A DNA stretch of 64,000 nucleotides from contig OZ024746.1 of NCBI GenBank assembly GCA_964016885.1, positions 47,058,001-47,122,000 on the forward strand, in the 5' to 3' direction. This stretch comes from Eledone cirrhosa (taxonomy: Eukaryota). Shown here piece by piece: positions 1-12,632 of this stretch. The position numbers were made by a program, and so were the translations under genes. The notes below the pieces were generated by a model. The model was not told the DNA's origin. It did not search any database and worked only from the letters and a program-made list of their open reading frames with translations. Numbering within the stretch: the stretch's first letter is position 1; each line of letters begins with the position of its first letter.

Positions 1-1744
1 ACAGATTTTATAATTCTAGAGGATATTTTCTGATCGATTAGGTTTTTTGTGTTCATAGTATGCATTAGCAAATATAGAGATAAATATTACGATTCTATTC
101 AAAGTCATACAAATAAGTTTCGACTTTTCCATTCCCTTTAGCTATTTGAATTATTTCAAAGAAAAACTATCATTCTCTTAATATCAGAGTTTAATAATAA
201 AAATATCCATAATATCACAATTTTTTTTCAATTGCATAAATAAATCAATTTAGAGAAACAAATAATATAGGAAAAAGTAAGCAACTAACTAAATAATGGA
301 GAAAAGAAAAAAGATGATAGACAGTAGAAAAGAAATTGAAAATATAAGAAATTAGAAAATTGGTGTAGCTATTGCCTCTAGAGAAGGAAACATTTATTAG
401 TCTTCTTTTTTTTAAAGTGATCTGTGTTTTATGAAATGATGATGTGGTAGCAGACAGTAAAATTTAAACCATGTATTTTTTATTCATACAAAACGTTGAC
501 AATTTTGTCCCGAACACATGACTAGTTGTTGGACCATTTCTTTTTGACTATTTTTCGACATCACGTTACTACTCTTCGCTTTTTAATGAGTGGAATATAA
601 ATCAATATCAAATATTTTAAACTTTAATGTAAGAAACGATAAACTGGTTAACATTAAATTCAATATGGAATAAAAAAAAAAGAAACTCAGGATTTAATTG
701 AAATATACAAGAAATGCATAAATATCAGCGACAAAGTCGTTGTTTATAATAAAAGACTATGAAATTTAGGATATTCATATTCCATTATATACATTTAGAA
801 AAATAATTTAAACTGTTTATATCAGTTTTATAGTCATCAGGCATTTGTACTTTGTCTCAGATTTCCGCTGCCATGATTAGAGCTTGTGACTTCTCACTTC
901 ATGTGAAAGAGACACATTCCACTAATCAGGATATCATCCTACTTTCAACACACGTTGCGTGTAGATTTCAATATGCTCAGGCTGATAATGTGCAAACATG
1001 CGTTAACACTGCGGTACCCAGCAGGAGATACAGGACGCTGGTGAGATGTGTATTTGGACAGCTTGACTCCTTAGCGGCATTCCTAATGTTCAGCCCTGAT
1101 TTAACTAAAATAATATATGGCAACTAACTGAAATAAATCTACTTCATTATAACAAAATGCATATATCTGCTTCAAAAGCATAATAACAAAAAATGATAAT
1201 TCTAGCTGTTAAATTCCAAATATCAACTTTCTTTTAATTTCTTTTAATTCCACTTCTATTCAAAAACAACAGCAACAATTCGCTTATTATTATAGATATT
1301 ACTGCTTCTTAAGTATCTTTCAAGAAAAAATAGAATAAGGCGTTTTAATTAACGGAATAAATTTGCGTAAATTTAACAAACAAATTAGCAAAGCTAATAA
1401 TATAACTACCAAATCACCAAAAAGAAAGCAAATCTATTATGAAAGACAATTAAATACAAAGGTGTTGTCTATTTCTAATTAAATCTATGTATAGACTCTA
1501 TAAAAACTATAGAACACTTTCTAACAACAAATATAGAAGAATACAAATATCTAATCGATAAACTTCTTAATTAAACCAAACTGTATAATGAATCAATGCA
1601 TAAAAATAACAAAATTGAGTCAATAAATAAATGATTCCAAGAAGTCCTAATTAATGACAGTTAGGTCGATAACAAAGGGAGAAAATTGGTAAATTCATTT
1701 TCAATAATATATGCAATCATTGCTTAGCTATCTCACACTAACAT

Positions 1745-2290
1745 AGAGAATGTCCTGTAAGCAATAAATCAGCTTTTGATGAAAGACGTAAGGCGTTTAG
1801 AGACCGTACAATGGCACCCCAACGACAATTGGCACGACTTCTGTCTTTATATGGTGCTCACTTCTATTAGCGCTTGCAAAGTCTGCATACTTATTGATTT
1901 TTTTCTATTTCTTTTTCAGCTACATTGTGGTATTGAGGGATCGCAATATCAATTAGGGTCCATTTTGAGTGGTTTGTTTGTTTTTATAACAATATCAGGT
2001 GGTTTTGTTGGGCGTTTTATCTTGATCTCAAGATCTCAAAATATCTCTACTCTCTCACCTGATACGCAGGAATGAAGAGTATGTTTGCACCGCTGACATT
2101 GCGTTTCGATGTTGTATTTTTTGCACAACTCCCAATGGACACCTTTTGCTATAAGATAATGCCAAATTTTATAACATATCTTTGCTAATTGCTCACCTCC
2201 ACTAGCAATATCTACCACAGATTCGTGAGCTTGGCATTCTCTGCAAAGTGGGAAGAAATGTTGTCCATCGATTTTAATTTTCACCTAATT
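1745..2290 (-). mobile_element. Degenerate 3' fragment of R4/Dong-like non-LTR retrotransposon (CCHC knuckle + RLE endonuclease)
   Basis: ORF 2036-2284 reads PLCRECQAHESVVDIASGGEQLAKICYKIWHYLIAKGVHWELCKKY, the decayed knuckle/RHD region of RLE LINEs. A KPPDIVI motif follows downstream in another frame; frameshifts and stops are present. Confidence 0.7.
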
Positions 2291-2308
2291 TGTTCTGATT
2301 TCCTGGTC

Positions 2309-2487
2309 TTTTGGCACAAGGTCAGCAATTACTCAGTGCATTACTGGTACTTTATTTTATCGCCCCCGTAAGGATGAAAAGCAAAGTTAACCTCGACGGG
2401 ATTTGAACTCAGACCGCAAAGGGACGTAACTATGCTAGAAAGCATGGCGTCCAACCCTCTACACCGATACTGACAATTCACCGCCCT
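2309..2487 (-). mobile_element. tRNA-derived SINE (octopus-type, Meta-domain-like core)
   Basis: Minus strand has an A-box-like head, B-box GAGTTCAAATCC and a variant of the family core GCCTTTCATCCTTACGGGGTCGATAAAATAAAGTACCAG. Many copies occur in the window. Confidence 0.85.
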
Positions 2488-2495
2488 GCGACAGT

Positions 2496-2685
2496 AATAA
2501 TTGTTTCTACTTTTTGGCACAAGGCCAGCAATTACCCAGTGCATTTCTGGTACTTTATTTTATCGACCCCGTGAGGATGAAAGGCAAAGTTAACCTCGGC
2601 GGGATTCGAAATCAGAATGGCAAGGGCCGTAACTCTATGCGTCAAAGCATAGCGTGCGACCCTCTACCGATACTGCCAATCCAAC
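2496..2685 (-). mobile_element. tRNA-derived SINE with 13-bp TSD
   Basis: Same family, flanked by CGACAGTAATAAT at 2489-2501 and 2686-2698. Confidence 0.9.
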
Positions 2686-3269
2686 CGACAGTAATAATAG
2701 CCACATATAACGTGCAATTTGTTTACCACATCTACTGAGATTACTTTCTCACTTAATTTATGTTTATTATTATTTTTAATGTCACAGATGGTCCAGGTAT
2801 CTTTGTTTTTTTCCAATATAGCATATTTCAGTCCGTATATCGGAAGAAAAGCTTGCAGTACATCTTTCTTTAAGATTAAGGGTAATTGCAACTTCTTGTT
2901 TCTTTGCATATAGACAGATACGTTAATTTTCTTTTCTTTCTTTCCTAACATAAATAATTACCGTAATTAGTCTTTTTTGCTTATCACATTTAATCACTCG
3001 TATTAATTATTCAAGTCTAGAATTGTGAAATTTATCACATTTTCAAGGAAGAAGTTCGAAAAAAAGTAATTATTTTCCTTCGGGGAAATGTAAGATAAAT
3101 ATAGAAACAAAAAGCTCAACAATTTCCTGTAATATTTTACACACGTATGAAGCAGACAAATTAAATTCAGGTGTACTGGTCCGAAAATATGTATTTCTTA
3201 ACACGTTCCGATTAGCTCAGCAGTATATAAGGAATTAATGAAGTTAGTAAGTGAGAAATAATAATGTTT

Positions 3270-3405
3270 TCTAATTTTGACACAAGGTCAACAATTTGTA
3301 GAAAAGACGAGATTGTATCGACTCCAAAACTTGCCTGGTATGATATTTTATCGACCACGAAACGATGAAAGTCGAACTTGCACTGGAACGGATTTAAAAT
3401 CACCC
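3270..3405 (-). mobile_element. Highly degenerate SINE copy
   Basis: CTGGTATGATATTTTATCGACCACGAAACGATGAAAG...GGATTTAAAATC aligns by eye to the SINE core and B-box. Confidence 0.4.
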
Positions 3406-3429
3406 GAATTTAAGTAAGTAACTATAATC

Positions 3430-3720
3430 ACAATAATAAGGATATCTTTATTGGACGCGAGAACGAAAAACAAATGATATACAGAGACAATGGGGATTTA
3501 CATTAATCACGGAAACAGAAAGGAAACAGGTAACAAAGTAACAATAAATTTATAACAGATTTCCCCTTATCGGAGGAGCACCACACAGGCATAATTTAGG
3601 AGTCCCATAGATCCGAAACGAACATGATCGCCATGAGTACTATAGGAAATCTGACGCATGCTTAGAATAGGCCCAGTGACACGGGCCATCCTCGCCACAT
3701 TCACTCATATTTTAATAAAT
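3430..3720 (-). mobile_element. 3' end fragment of L1/Tx1-like LINE
   Basis: Reverse complement contains GTGAATGTGGCGAGGATGGCCCGTGT, shared with the LINE 3' ends at 27.2 kb and 37.97 kb. Confidence 0.45.
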
Positions 3721-3914
3721 ATACTGGTGTTGTGAGCACATCCTCACCAGCAGTTAAGGTGATTAAAATTATCTACACTATCCTCACATAATCTATAACA
3801 GTACCAAATACACTAACACGACGACTAGCAGCCAATAGTTTGGCAGATATGGCTGGATAGGGGAGTGAAAAGAAATAAACATATTGGAGAAAGAGAAATT
3901 CGGTGAAACAAAAG

Positions 3915-6205
3915 TAATTACGTAAAGATCTAGGAGAAATAAATAGGAATGAACTCAACAATGAAGGGGTTAAAGAAAGGCTAGAAAGAATGTATCGTTT
4001 TTAAAAACAAATGTCGAAGTTACACACAACGAAGTACAACAGAGCATGATTGTTGTAAATAGAAAAGATGAAAGATATCACAACAAATCAAAGCAATATG
4101 GAGAGAATCGACTATTTGAATCAAATAAAAAAAAAAAAGGTGTTTGATGAACTGGAGTAGCGAAAATGAGAAAATGTACCTAATGCAGAAGAGAGTAAGC
4201 TATTTTGGAATGAAATACGGCATCAGTCAGTAAGGCAGGATGAGAATGCAGGAAGGTTGGAAAATTGGAGGACGAATTGAATATAAAGATACAAAGAACT
4301 GTACAAATTGAATTGGGAAATGTGAAAAAGCAGATCACACGAGAATGCCTAGCTGGAAACGCCCAAGACCAGATCGTGTTAAAAATATACTGGATTAAGA
4401 ATTTGACATCAATACACAGTAAAAGAACAAATCAACTGGATGGATGACGCCATGAAAATTGATGGTGAAATGGATGGTAAATGGGAGATGGATTGGCAGT
4501 ATCGGTGGGGGGTCGGACGCCATGTTTTCCAGCATAGTTACGTCCCTTTACGATCTGAGTTCAAATCCCGCCGAGGTTGACTTTGCCTTTCATCCTTACG
4601 GGGTCGATAAAATAAAGTACCAGTAATGCACTGGGTAATTGCTGGCCTTGTGCCTAAAGTAGAAACAATTATTATGTGTGAAGGAAATAGTAAAGGGGAA
4701 TATGGTGTCCAATTTTAGACCGATCTCTTGTCTACCTCTGTTATGGAAAGTATTAACAGGTATATTAGCTGAAATATTTTACAGATATTTGGAAGAAGAA
4801 AACGTGTTGCCATGTGTGCAGAAAGGATGCAGAAAAAGAAGTAGAGGCACCAAGTGTCAATTACTGATTGACAAAATTATAGTGAAGCATTGTAAGAGGA
4901 GATTAACATCATTGGGAGTCACATGGATAGATTATCGGAAGGCGTATGATATGTTGCATTACAGTTAGATTGAAACATCAACGGAGATATGTAGAGTGGC
5001 AATAAATACGAGACAGTTCATTAAAGATAGTATGAGACAGTGGAATACTGGCAATGGAAAGCTAAGAAATAGAATAAAACATAAAGAGATGAAAGGTCGG
5101 GTAAACAAAGAGTATGTACAGCGATTGAGGACAATATTAAAATCAAAACTCAACGGAGGGAATATTTTCTCTGCTATCAACTCAGGGACAGTGTCTATCA
5201 CTAAGTATAGGACTGACATCATAGATTGAATGAAGGCAGAGTTGGAGGCTTGGGGTCGCAAAACGAGTACGCTCCTGACGGCGTATGGAGTACATCACCT
5301 GAAGGTGATGACTGATTATATATATGAAAAGAGCAATTAGAGGCCGAGGATAGGAGATTATGTTAGAAATAAAATGAAAGGGTTAGAGCAATATTTAGGT
5401 GTGCCCAGAGAGGAGTTACTAAGGGCAGTGAATGGAGCAGATTTTGTTGGCAAAAGTACAGAAGAGATACAGATTGAACATAAAACTGCATATGAGGGCA
5501 AAGCACTACACAGATAGTTCAGAAAAGCAACAGATAAATTGAGAGGAATAAAATCATGGAATTGGCTAAAGAAGGGGTATTTGAAAAAGGAAAAAGAGAA
5601 CACAATAATTGAAGCTCAGAATCAGGCAATTATTTGCAAGAATAAAATCAGAATAGCATTATTTTGAGAAGATGTATCACCTATGTGTCGATTGTGTGGC
5701 GGTGCAGTTGAAATAGTGGGACACATTGTCTCAGAGTATCCGAAATTTGTTCAAAATGAATATAAGGTGTGACGTGATAATGTGGCCAACGTAATCCCCT
5801 GAAAACTATGAGAAGTGGGGACTTGACAAGGCAGACAAATGGTACATGCACCAACTGGATAAAGTATTGGAATCGGAAGACAGTAAGAATTTATAAGATT
5901 GACCGACACAAACCGATAAACGGCTAAATCATTAGACCAGACATCACTGTAATCGGAAAAGACAGCAGAACGTGTCAGTTGATAGATCCAGCTTATCCAT
6001 TTGATGCTCGCAAGGCACCCTAAAGTATGAAATTTCAAGAATGTGGAGGATGAAAAAGGTGTAAATGATACCAGCAGTCGTTGGCGCCTTTAGACCATCA
6101 CAAAAAATTTTAATGAATTGATAAAAAATTTAATGTTGAATCATCTTACAGTAGAAATGTTACACAAACCTTGTTTACTTGGAACGGCTAGGATAATAAC
6201 TAAAC
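3915..6205 (+). mobile_element. Degenerate R4/Dong-like RLE non-LTR retrotransposon with internal RT deletion
   Basis: RT N-terminal motifs NFRPISCLPLLWKVLTGI, QKGCRKRSRGTKCQLLID and WIDYRKAYD; thumb region LKSKLNGGNIFSAIN; PMCRLCG knuckle; RPDITVI...ID RLE motif; C-terminal CLLGTARII. Central RT motifs are missing near 5050; many stops. Confidence 0.85.
4488..4675 (+). mobile_element. tRNA-derived SINE inserted in the R4-like LINE
   Basis: Near full-length copy interrupting the WMVNG...LCVK coding segment. Confidence 0.9.
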
Positions 6206-6389
6206 CAGGAATTAAGATCAATCCTGAGGGCGGACATGATAATAATAAATATTGTGATGGTGGTGGTGGTAGTAGTAGTAGTATTAGTAGTAGTAATAGT
6301 AGTAGTAGTAGTCATTGAATTAATAGTATTAAGGAAAATGATGACACAATAATAACAATAAACAAGGCGAATACTATTCAATAGACGTT

Positions 6390-6612
6390 AATAATGGTTT
6401 CTTATATAGGCACAAGGCCAGTAATTTGAGGGGAAGGGAAAGTCGATTAAATCGACCCCAGTGCGTGACTGGTACTTTATTTTATCGACCCCATAAGGAT
6501 GAAAGGCAAAGTTAACCTCGGGGGGATTTGAACTCAGATCATAAAGAGCCGTAACTCTATGCTGCAAAGCATGGCGTCCGACCCTCTACCGATACTGCCA
6601 GTCCACCGCCCT
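6390..6612 (-). mobile_element. tRNA-derived SINE, long variant, with 18-bp TSD
   Basis: Carries the extra GGGGTCGATTTAATCGACTTTCCCTTCCCC segment; TSD TCAATAGAC(G/T)TTAATAAT at 6378-6395 and 6614-6631. Confidence 0.9.
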
Positions 6613-6789
6613 CTCAATAGACTTTAATAATAAAATATATAAAATATTAAAGGAATTTAAGCAGATAAAGCAAGCTCTCTAGGATTTAATCCATTAATGC
6701 AAATTGAGAGTCCATCTACATAAAAGATACGATTTGATTATAAAAGTAAAATCTTCAAAGAAAATCAATAAGTGTACATATATGACCAC

Positions 6790-6983
6790 GCGGTGAATTG
6801 GCAGTATCGGTAGAGGGTTGGAAGCCATGCTTTCTAGCATAGTTACGTCCCTTTACAGTCTGAGTTCAAATCCCGCCGAGGTTAACTTTGCCTTTCATCC
6901 TTACGGGGTCGAAAAAATAAAGTACCAGTAATGTACTGGGTAATTGCTGGCCTTGTGCCTAAAGTAGAAACAATTATTATTAT
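6790..6983 (+). mobile_element. tRNA-derived SINE
   Basis: Full-length family match with A box TGGCAGTATCGG, B box and (ATT)n tail. Confidence 0.9.
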
Positions 6984-7423
6984 AATCACGTTTACTACTT
7001 AATATCTTCTTTCTTCGCAGCATGACTTTTTATTTATTTTCTTTAGCAATATGTCCTTTGCAAAGGGAAATATATAAAGCAACAAATTTAGTTTTCTTAT
7101 CCCATATACAGATATGAGCATATCATTGAGCAGTAATTATTAGCAGACAAAGACACCTTAATAGAAGAATATGCTATAGGTCAGATCGAATATCACTTTT
7201 AATAAATTTATTTAATATTTTAATTAAGTTTCAACAAAATTAAGATAATTTGAATTTTTCCATACTTGAATGATATCAAAACAAAATAAAGTTAACTATC
7301 ATTTATTCTTAAAAAGGGTAATATCACAATCTATATGTCTCTTAATTAATATTTTCAAAACGTATAGATCATATAACTTTAACAAAACAGAAAATATTTT
7401 CCCAATATTTTAATTGGAAAGAA

Positions 7424-7530
<107 letters not shown>

Positions 7531-7692
7531 AAAAGGAAGGGGGGAAGGTAAAAATCCTACTCGACTCCCAGTGATTTCGGTTTGTATTCAGCAAGCCTTT
7601 TCAATGGTGTATATTTCCTATAAGCACTCTGCTTCTTCCCATGCATAGACTATTTCCATGATGTATGGTCCCTCCCCCTGTCTCAGCACAGC

Positions 7693-7846
<154 letters not shown>

Positions 7847-8731
7847 TGACATTGTAATGTTTTTAAATTACCTTCATATGATACTCTGAATTATCTTTGT
7901 AATTGAATTGCTAGTTTTCTCATTCTAGGTATGATAATATATATATATATTTCTGATAATAATATATATATTTTTGATAATATATAATTTTTGATAGTAA
8001 AATTGTATATCTTCTCTGTTGTCTTCTACGGGGCTTTCCAGTTTCATCCATTTTATTTTTATAATTTACAGCAAATTTGTTTCCTTGTTTAATTGAAATT
8101 GCGAAAGTATCAGATTTTGCTGCAAACCTCAATTCTGATAATTCGTCTAGTAGTATCAGTAAAAAGTAAAATAAGTAGCCTAGTGCTATATTAATTGTAA
8201 CAAAATAGACAAATTAAAGCGAAATAACAATTTTATTCTTTAAAATCACAATTGATTTACATTCATCACCCCGAATCTATCAATTATCAATTTGATGAAA
8301 TGCATTTAACGAATCAGTTATTAACAGCGCAAAAAAGCTATTAAAATTCTTCGTATTTGGTTACAATCAGATTTATAATTGGAACCTTATCTTAATTATT
8401 CGTTCAAAAGAAATGACCTCAACATAGCTTGCTAATAAATCATATACAAATATAACTATTTAAATATATGTATTAACGTATGGATTAATTCTAAAGAGGA
8501 ATTAATTGTACCAATGGGTACGACGATGGAGTTAGTTGTTTGAAGATTTACTTCAAGGTCTTTGTATGTTAATAAAATGTCAGCTTAAAATTTCAAACCT
8601 CTATGCAAACTGGAGAAAAATAATTAAAATTCTGCTAATGAAGTACGAAAATTGACAAATGGTTTTTCTTTTACTCATATTTTATATAGACTAGAATTAT
8701 TGCAGTCAAGTAAAAGAGTTCATGTTAAAAC

Positions 8732-8880
8732 AAATAACTGTTTCTTACTTTTGGCACAAGGCCATCAATTACCCAGTACATTACTGGTACTTTATTTTAT
8801 CGACCCCGTAAGAATGAAAGGCAAAGTTAACCTCGGCGGAATTTGAACTCAGATCCTAAAGGGACGTAACTCTATGCTTC
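8732..8880 (-). mobile_element. 5'-truncated tRNA-derived SINE
   Basis: Tail, core and B-box present; A-box absent. Confidence 0.85.
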
Positions 8881-9373
8881 AAAAACGATGAATTAAATAC
8901 GAAGTCACACTGACATTAATGGAAATTAGAAAGTAGATAAATTAGGGAAACGGGAGAAATCTGTTATTGAACAACACAAGTAAACTAAGATATTGTTAGC
9001 AATGCACACGTCTTATTACTCTAAACTATCACGTATGGGTCATATGTTATCAAGTATATATTCTTGTAAAAGCTATTTAGAATTGTTATGGCATTATATA
9101 TTTTATTGTAAATGTCATCCAACTGAGTAGATAAAATATTAATGTTTTCAAACGATTAACATCATAATTCATTTTCGTGCATTTAATTATTAATTAGATC
9201 TCTCAATTCATAGAAGTAACCAACAACTTAAGAGGCAAATACATTTAAAAGTTTTTGGGGGTCTTTATTTTTTTGTTTTTGACGGAGGAGCGGTTATTCT
9301 ATTAATTTTTACTTGTAGGAGATTGTACAACTAACTTTTAGTCAGTCATAGATTTCTTATTTCATAGGGACGC

Positions 9374-9409
<36 letters not shown>

Positions 9410-9429
9410 ACAAGATATTCATTATCAAA

Positions 9430-10486
9430 TCTATATATCTAAAACAGAGAATGTCTGTCTGTCCGCTCACTAAAACTCAAGAACCACCAAACCGATTGTT
9501 TTCAAACTGTACACATGTAATACTTATGGTCCTGTGAGTGTTTTGAGAAAACAAAATTTCAAATTTGCAATGCCCTAGGTGATTTAGCGATCTCTCTCTA
9601 TAATTCTTAGTCTTTCTCTTTTTAGATAGATACATAGATATAACGTTGCGCCCTTATAATATCTGTCTGTATGTCTAGCTGTCTGCATGTCTAGCTGTCT
9701 GCATGTCTAGTTGTCTGTATTACGACATTATGAAGCGGTGTGTGTGTATATATATGTAGATAAATCTACCAAAAATTTACGGTAGATTATTTCTGAAGAC
9801 AGCATATATATGTGTAGGTATGTATATTCCCTCTGATAGTTTGTATAAATGTTTTACATAGGTCTATAGAATATGCATACCAACACTAACACATATATAT
9901 CCTAGAAACGATCGTAAAATGATGAATTTTTTAATATAAGGAACTGTTTCTTTGTTTATTCATTACTTTATTAATTTATATATATATATATAGTGTGTAA
10001 CTTTTTTCGAAATATTTCACAGATTGATTTTTTATTTTTTTATTTTAGTTTCAGAAGATCCCGTTAATGGCGAAAGCACCGATTCTTTGCTTAAACTTTA
10101 ATCTGTTATTTTAATATATATATATATATATATATATTCGTGTACAGATATTTTTGCATACACAATAACAAAATATAAACAAAAGTATTTATTTCGCGAT
10201 AAAGTATTGATTTTCTTCGCACGGAAACGAACCCAGGTAATCTACGACGAATTTTCTTTTTGAAGCACAAAATTTAGACACCATCCTGAGGCCGGGGTAT
10301 TCTGTACTTCTCTGTACTGCTATATATATATATATATATATAATTATATATTCGTGTACAGATATTTTTGCATACACAATAATAAAATATAAACAAACGT
10401 ATTTATTTCACGAGGCTCGATAAAGATATATCAAATATATAAGAACCCTAGAGCAAATCCCGAGCAATGCCGGCCCATTCTGCTAG
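9430..10486 (+). mobile_element. Probable non-autonomous Helitron
   Basis: Starts A|TCTATATATCTAAAA and ends with subterminal hairpin CCGAGCAATGCCGG (10460-10473) then CTAG|T. Internal (TGTC)n-like repeats and an ~85-bp internal duplication (10115-10200 / 10325-10410). Confidence 0.65.
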
Positions 10487-10799
10487 TATCAAATAAAACA
10501 ATCCATCACACGCAAAAATATGATGTGAAAAATTATGTTAAAGAAAATGGAAGACAGTTCCTAAAATGTTTCGGATAGTCTAACCAAAATAACATTCAGT
10601 CATTTAAATGGTGAGAGGACTAGAGTCGCACAAAGGGATTTATCGCTTTTGTGCTCTCAAATCAAATCACCTTGTTTCTAATATATCTGTTGATGGAAGA
10701 TGACATCAATATACCGTGATCGATTCAATTGTCTAAAGTATTTCTCCAGATACTATTTTCCTGTTTCTAAATTTATATGTGGAGTGACTGAAATATTAG

Positions 10800-10987
10800 A
10801 TAATTGTTTCTACTTTTTGGCACAAGGCCAGCAATTATCCAGTGTATTACTGGTACTTTATTTTATCGACCCCGTAAGGATGAAAGGCAAAGTCAACCTC
10901 GGCGGGATTTGAACTCAGATCGTAAAGGGACGTAACTATGCTGGAAAGCATGGTTTCTGACCCTCTACCGATACTGCCAATCCACCG
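10800..10987 (-). mobile_element. tRNA-derived SINE with 18-bp TSD
   Basis: Family match; ACTGAAATATTAGATAAT at 10787-10804 and 10996-11013. Confidence 0.9.
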
Positions 10988-12234
10988 ATATATCCACTGA
11001 AATATTAGATAATATACTCTAAAACACTTAGTCGCGTTAATGTACATTCCTATTTAACATTGAATGTGGCTTTCTATTACTCTTGAATTCTAATGATTAG
11101 CCATACATTGGAATTAATTCAGATGACTGTAAATATGATGGCGTTAAACATTCCTAAGAGCTAGGTTGTTGAAAGCTGAGATGTAATAATTATGCGCTGA
11201 TATAACTATACAACTACACGGAATTTCGTTGGAATAATTCATCACCTTTATTGGAGAATGAAATGGAATTATTTTATTTTGCCTCAATACTTAATAACTA
11301 ATAACAGCAGAAAATGTCATTGCTACATTATCCTATCATTTGGATCTATAAATTATAAATATCAGAAATATATACTAAGTTTTTTCTCTTTCTTTCTCCT
11401 ATCGACTGGTATTGACTACCTTAGCCAAAACACTTAGTTTCTTAGCCCTAGGGAATATAGCATTCTCATGTCTAAATACTGATTTTGGTAATTAAATACT
11501 TATCTTGTTAAATATTTGAGCAAATTACATTTATCTACACGCCCACTCCATTACGCAAATACTTTTACTATAGTTCCCACGACTTTATCAAGTACGCCAT
11601 GTATGTGTATATCTGTCTGTACGTGTGTTATTACATATCTTTAACGTTCATCTTTTTCCGACTCTCAGCGTCACCCCCTCCATCAAGTAAACATCTATTT
11701 GCCAATATTTTTTTACGAAACACTTCGCACATTATACCTCATACAAAACATTATAATGTATAACATACATACTTACGTACATAAATACACAAATTGAACA
11801 ATATTATATATGTAACGACCTTACCATCTAATAATTAAAGAATCAATAACAATCATATTTATATTATTTCTCACCGGGTTTACATTATGTGTTTTCACTT
11901 GCCTTGAAATAATTGTCATTGTTCGTTATATCGATGGAGTTCGTTAGCAATGAATAAATGTGTTTAAAGCCCAGTGTCCTACTCACCAAACAAAAACATT
12001 ATGAGAGCACATTATATACATCCACAGTTGTTGAAGAATAAATGAAATTTATATAAAATAAACGAGATTATTCAGTTTCTATTTAAAAGAACTCACAAAT
12101 CCTTGGTGAGTCTGAGGCTACCGGAGAACGCACGGTAAGGGGCATATGTGTGTCTATATGCATGCTCACGCGCACACACAAGTACACACTGACACACATG
12201 CACATACAAACACAAACGTATGTATATATATAAA

Positions 12235-12460
12235 TATATAACGAAGGAAATGTGGTAAGGAACCAGGTGGACCATAACGCACCAAAGTACTCAATACTTA
12301 GGGTAGTAGAGTGGGTAATAGGAACGAGTAGGACCCCGACGACTGAGCTCAAGCCGTTTCGACGGCTAATTCTGGACGCGTCCAGAATTAGCGTCCAGAA
12401 TTAGCGTCCAGAATTAGCCGTCGAAACGGCTTGAGCTCAGCCGTCGGGGTCCTACTCGTT

Positions 12461-12465
<5 letters not shown>
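12235..12465. repeat. TA-flanked hairpin element (copy 1)
   Basis: Near-perfect palindrome 12318-12465 with 13-bp GCGTCCAGAATTA x3 at the centre; homologous in opposite orientation to 39318-39502. Confidence 0.8.
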
Positions 12466-12522
<57 letters not shown>

Positions 12523-12544
12523 TATCTATCTATCTATCTATGTA

Positions 12545-12632
12545 GGGCGGATAAAATTCCCGAGATCCATGGACGAGTTCTCTCCAGCTGTCTCTGTCCC
12601 TCATTATCACTGCCATGTCCTGCGTCTCCAAT
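12545..12632 (-). mobile_element. RTE-like LINE extreme 3' tip
   Basis: Translates LETQDMAVIMRDRDSWRELV (RTE C-terminal DR..WR motif), followed by a (TAGA)n tail. Confidence 0.5.

Noticed and set aside
6790-6880. SINE heads as tRNA genes
   Set aside because: A/B boxes are present but I could not form a cloverleaf, and they are always fused to the SINE core and tail.
7575-7615. Minus-strand hammerhead-like TTGAAAA...GAAA
   Set aside because: No valid UH cleavage site or stem I pairing; at best a relic.
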